This document shows positions 61,676 to 64,000 of a DNA stretch of 64,000 nucleotides, in pieces. Source of the stretch: a virus. Lineage: Duplodnaviria; Caudoviricetes. Under the pieces are notes generated by a model, which was not told the DNA's origin, did no database searches, and worked only from the letters and a program-made list of their open reading frames with translations. How positions within the stretch are numbered: position 1 is the stretch's first letter; each line of letters opens with the position of its first letter. Position numbers and translations under genes: made by a program. The stretch spans positions 139,860 through 203,859 of IMG/VR virus record IMGVR_UViG_3300008740_000001; one strand, given 5' to 3'.

Positions 61676-61924
61676 ATGCCAATGGACAAACTGTACGTAA
61701 AGATTAAATGTTCCATGTGCAGTGGTACCCGGGTATTCAACCATAATGGTTATCATGACCCGTTAAATCCACTTAAATGGAAAAGTTGCCCGTACTGTGA
61801 CCATGACGGCTTAATTCTTATCGAGGCTGTAGCTCAGACAATAGTAGAACACATAAATGAAGCCGATGAAGAAACAAAGAAATACATATTGGATAACATT
61901 GCCAACAGGGGTGAGGGAAGCTAG
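61676..61924 (+). CDS. DnaJ-type zinc-finger-like protein
   Basis: CSMCSGT..CPYCDHDG. Confidence 0.55.
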   Translation: MPMDKLYVKIKCSMCSGTRVFNHNGYHDPLNPLKWKSCPYCDHDGLILIEAVAQTIVEHINEADEETKKYILDNIANRGEGS

Positions 61925-62198
61925 CGACGAATTTGGCGGCTTTCCACCGGTGTCAAGTTACTACTTTTATGGAGGCGGAGGGAAGACGGCTTCCTATATT
62001 CGTCGAGAGCAAGTAGTTGAACTTCTGGGAGAGGATTCTAATCTTATTGGCCTTCTCAACCCTGCTATGGAACTAACACTGCCTGCCTGCGCGCTAACGG
62101 AAGAAGTAGAGCGCGTTCCGGTCTACGATTGGCAAGACGTATTTAAATTACTCACGGATTTAGGACGTGTTGCTACTACAAAAGAAGAGCTATTATGA
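61857..62198 (+). CDS. Hypothetical protein (start uncertain)
   Basis: In-operon ORF. Confidence 0.4.
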   Translation: MKPMKKQRNTYWITLPTGVREASDEFGGFPPVSSYYFYGGGGKTASYIRREQVVELLGEDSNLIGLLNPAMELTLPACALTEEVERVPVYDWQDVFKLLTDLGRVATTKEELL

Positions 62199-62419
62199 GC
62201 ATAGTCTACGTGAAAACAGGAAAAAATTTAGGTAAAAATTTTGGCGGAAATAATTTTCGCGATTTTGAGGGTCTTATTATGAAAAAGCGATTTCAATACA
62301 CATGTGCTCACTGCATGACCGGTATGGTTGCCGATTTGCCTGCTCGGTGTCCTGAGTGCCATCGGCTTTTATCGGTACCGGTTGAATCTAAAACAAAAAG
62401 GATGCCTAAAAAGACCTAA
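62195..62419 (+). CDS. Zinc-ribbon protein
   Basis: CAHC..CPEC. Confidence 0.5.
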   Translation: MSIVYVKTGKNLGKNFGGNNFRDFEGLIMKKRFQYTCAHCMTGMVADLPARCPECHRLLSVPVESKTKRMPKKT

Positions 62420-62774
62420 TTTCTCTCTATTTAAAAATGTGAGTGGGTCATGTGATATATCGGGTAGTCAGAAAAGTGCGTGGACGTTCCGTCAGGGCGA
62501 CCTAGTGGGCTTTGCTCCCAGTCGAGTGCGTCACTGGAATTATGATGATGGTTATATGTCATATGGATTGCCAGTGGTGCCCGGACCTAATCGTTCTAAA
62601 ACCAGCAATAAAGAATGTGTTGGCATCATTATCGAAGTATATGAAAAATATGGATATTATTCTTCTCGGTATTACAAGATCAAGTGGTCAGATACAGCAT
62701 ATTTTTCAAACGAAAAGCATGAAGATTTAATATTAATTTCTCACGGATATCAGCATAAGAAGACAGAAGATTAA
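62328..62774 (+). CDS. SH3/KOW-like family protein (start probably downstream)
   Basis: RQGDLV..VGII..IKW..LILIS. Confidence 0.6.
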   Translation: MPICLLGVLSAIGFYRYRLNLKQKGCLKRPNFSLFKNVSGSCDISGSQKSAWTFRQGDLVGFAPSRVRHWNYDDGYMSYGLPVVPGPNRSKTSNKECVGIIIEVYEKYGYYSSRYYKIKWSDTAYFSNEKHEDLILISHGYQHKKTED

Positions 62775-62794
62775 ATTTGCAAGCTAGTTAGTAT

Positions 62795-63037
62795 ATGGAC
62801 AACTGTATACCATCTGAGCAATATGCGAACTCATATCGAGTGGGCGATCTAGTGCAAAGTACTGTCAAGGGATTAGTAGACTTTGAATATAATTCTTATG
62901 GCAAAATTGGTATATTACTTGAATTGATTGCTTCGAAAGGCGCCGCTAAAGTTTGGTGGATCGGGGAATCGGGCTCAAAAACCGTTTTATGCCACACTTT
63001 TAAACTATTATCGAGGACAAATTCAGTAAAAAGCTAA
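62795..63037 (+). CDS. SH3/KOW-like family protein
   Basis: RVGDLV..IGIL..VWW. Confidence 0.6.
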   Translation: MDNCIPSEQYANSYRVGDLVQSTVKGLVDFEYNSYGKIGILLELIASKGAAKVWWIGESGSKTVLCHTFKLLSRTNSVKS

Positions 63038-63046
63038 TTAACGGGT

Positions 63047-63337
63047 ATGAGGCCAATTGGTGGGTGCCCTAGTGTTAGATTAGGGATTGGCGATTTGATC
63101 GTTAACCGAAAAACAAAAGAAATGGGAATTTTGCTACAAAAACACAAAGTTTTAGCAAACACTCCTCCAGATCAAGAACCAGACGAAAGGTGGTTCTGGG
63201 CTTGGAGAATCAAATGGAGTAAGGCCGGCCAGAAGACCGGAAACAAATGGGTCGATCAGTTGGATAAAACTAGGCCTGAAGAAACTATAATATCTGATAT
63301 CATGGAAGGAATTGTAGAACACTATAGTGCAGAATAA
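63047..63337 (+). CDS. SH3/KOW-like family protein
   Basis: IGDLI..MGIL..IKW. Confidence 0.6.
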   Translation: MRPIGGCPSVRLGIGDLIVNRKTKEMGILLQKHKVLANTPPDQEPDERWFWAWRIKWSKAGQKTGNKWVDQLDKTRPEETIISDIMEGIVEHYSAE

Positions 63338-63734
63338 TATGGATCTTATATCGACTCACATTTGCAAAGCCAGCAATTTAGGAGTCTCTGGTAATTTATT
63401 TGGCGGCACAATGTTAGGATGGTTGGATGAGGCCGGCGCAGCGTTCGCAGCGCAGTTTTGTGACACACCTCGCATGGTAACAGTCAAAATGTCCGAAACT
63501 TTATTCAAGAAGCCGGTCCGTCAGGGGCATTTGATCAAGATTTATGGCAAAATACAGGATGTAGGCACATGTTCAGTAACAGTTTTACTGGAAGCTCGGC
63601 GTCATTCAGTGTATAATGGTACTCAGAGAACTGTCTGCACCACTGAAATCACTTTTGTTCGTGTAGACGGCGATGGAGAAGCAATCCCCATCGGTGAAAA
63701 AGTAAAGAAGAAAATGAAATTCCCAAAGGAGTAA
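63327..63734 (+). CDS. Hotdog-fold acyl-CoA thioesterase (YciA-like)
   Basis: GNLFGGTMLGWLDEAG, FKKPV, VGTCS, FVRVD. Confidence 0.85.
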   Translation: MQNNMDLISTHICKASNLGVSGNLFGGTMLGWLDEAGAAFAAQFCDTPRMVTVKMSETLFKKPVRQGHLIKIYGKIQDVGTCSVTVLLEARRHSVYNGTQRTVCTTEITFVRVDGDGEAIPIGEKVKKKMKFPKE

Positions 63735-63736
63735 CA

Positions 63737-63967
63737 ATGGGTGATAATAACAACAAAAACATGAATCCAGCGCACTTTGAGGCTTGGATTAGAGAGTTAG
63801 CCTCTAGAATGGGCGAACTTGAAGTTAGTAACGCACAAACTGTTGATTTTTTCAACGAAGCGATTAGGCACCTCAACCTAACCAACCCTGAAGTTGAGGA
63901 TATTGAGGAACTTGAGGTACCCGAAGAAGAGGACCGTCCGTGGATTACTCAAGAAAAAGAAAAATAA
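63737..63967 (+). CDS. Hypothetical protein
   Basis: AGGAG RBS. Confidence 0.5.
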   Translation: MGDNNNKNMNPAHFEAWIRELASRMGELEVSNAQTVDFFNEAIRHLNLTNPEVEDIEELEVPEEEDRPWITQEKEK

Positions 63968-63970
63968 TGC

Positions 63971-63999
63971 TTGACTATTGAACTAAAGTAGGTTAATAT
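63971..63999 (+). promoter_or_regulatory. sigma70-type promoter at window end
   Basis: TTGACT-17-TAATAT. Confidence 0.5.
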
Positions 64000-64000
64000 A

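Overview
64-kb fragment of a large tailed-phage genome. Essentially all genes are on the + strand and read in genetic code 11; the host is unknown, with weak Myxococcota-like hints. 1-31.9 kb is replication, nucleotide metabolism and proteostasis: family A polymerase domain, divergent tubulin/FtsZ-like protein, gp32-like SSB, RecA, 5'-3' exonuclease, DnaB-like helicase, class II RNR, DnaE, dUTPase, two adenine-MTase-like genes, IMPDH/GMP reductase, GroES, GroEL, two ClpP and an initiator tRNA-Met. Interspersed (17-41 kb) are probable virion/late genes carrying an (I/L)xxII.EE-type N-terminal motif and a recurrent upstream CTANTTA motif. 41.5-60 kb is an accessory region that looks like a modular cassette system. 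It has about 35 paralogous small SH3/KOW-like genes (window-wide), many chained by a conserved 24-nt dual-coding junction with a fixed 14-bp overlap. It also has 13 copies of a promoter with three tandem TTGACA boxes in invariant 11/15/17 geometry, 11 strand-polar AGTAAACTT sites, tRNA-Leu followed by an HDV/theta-ribozyme-like fold, a second ~190-nt structured RNA, and a MoxR-AAA/vWA pair. 60-61.3 kb is poorly coding with repeats (origin or terminus candidate). No CRISPR array, reverse transcriptase, integrase, transposase or intein was recognised. All annotations are by-eye motif recognition; no database search or folding program was run.
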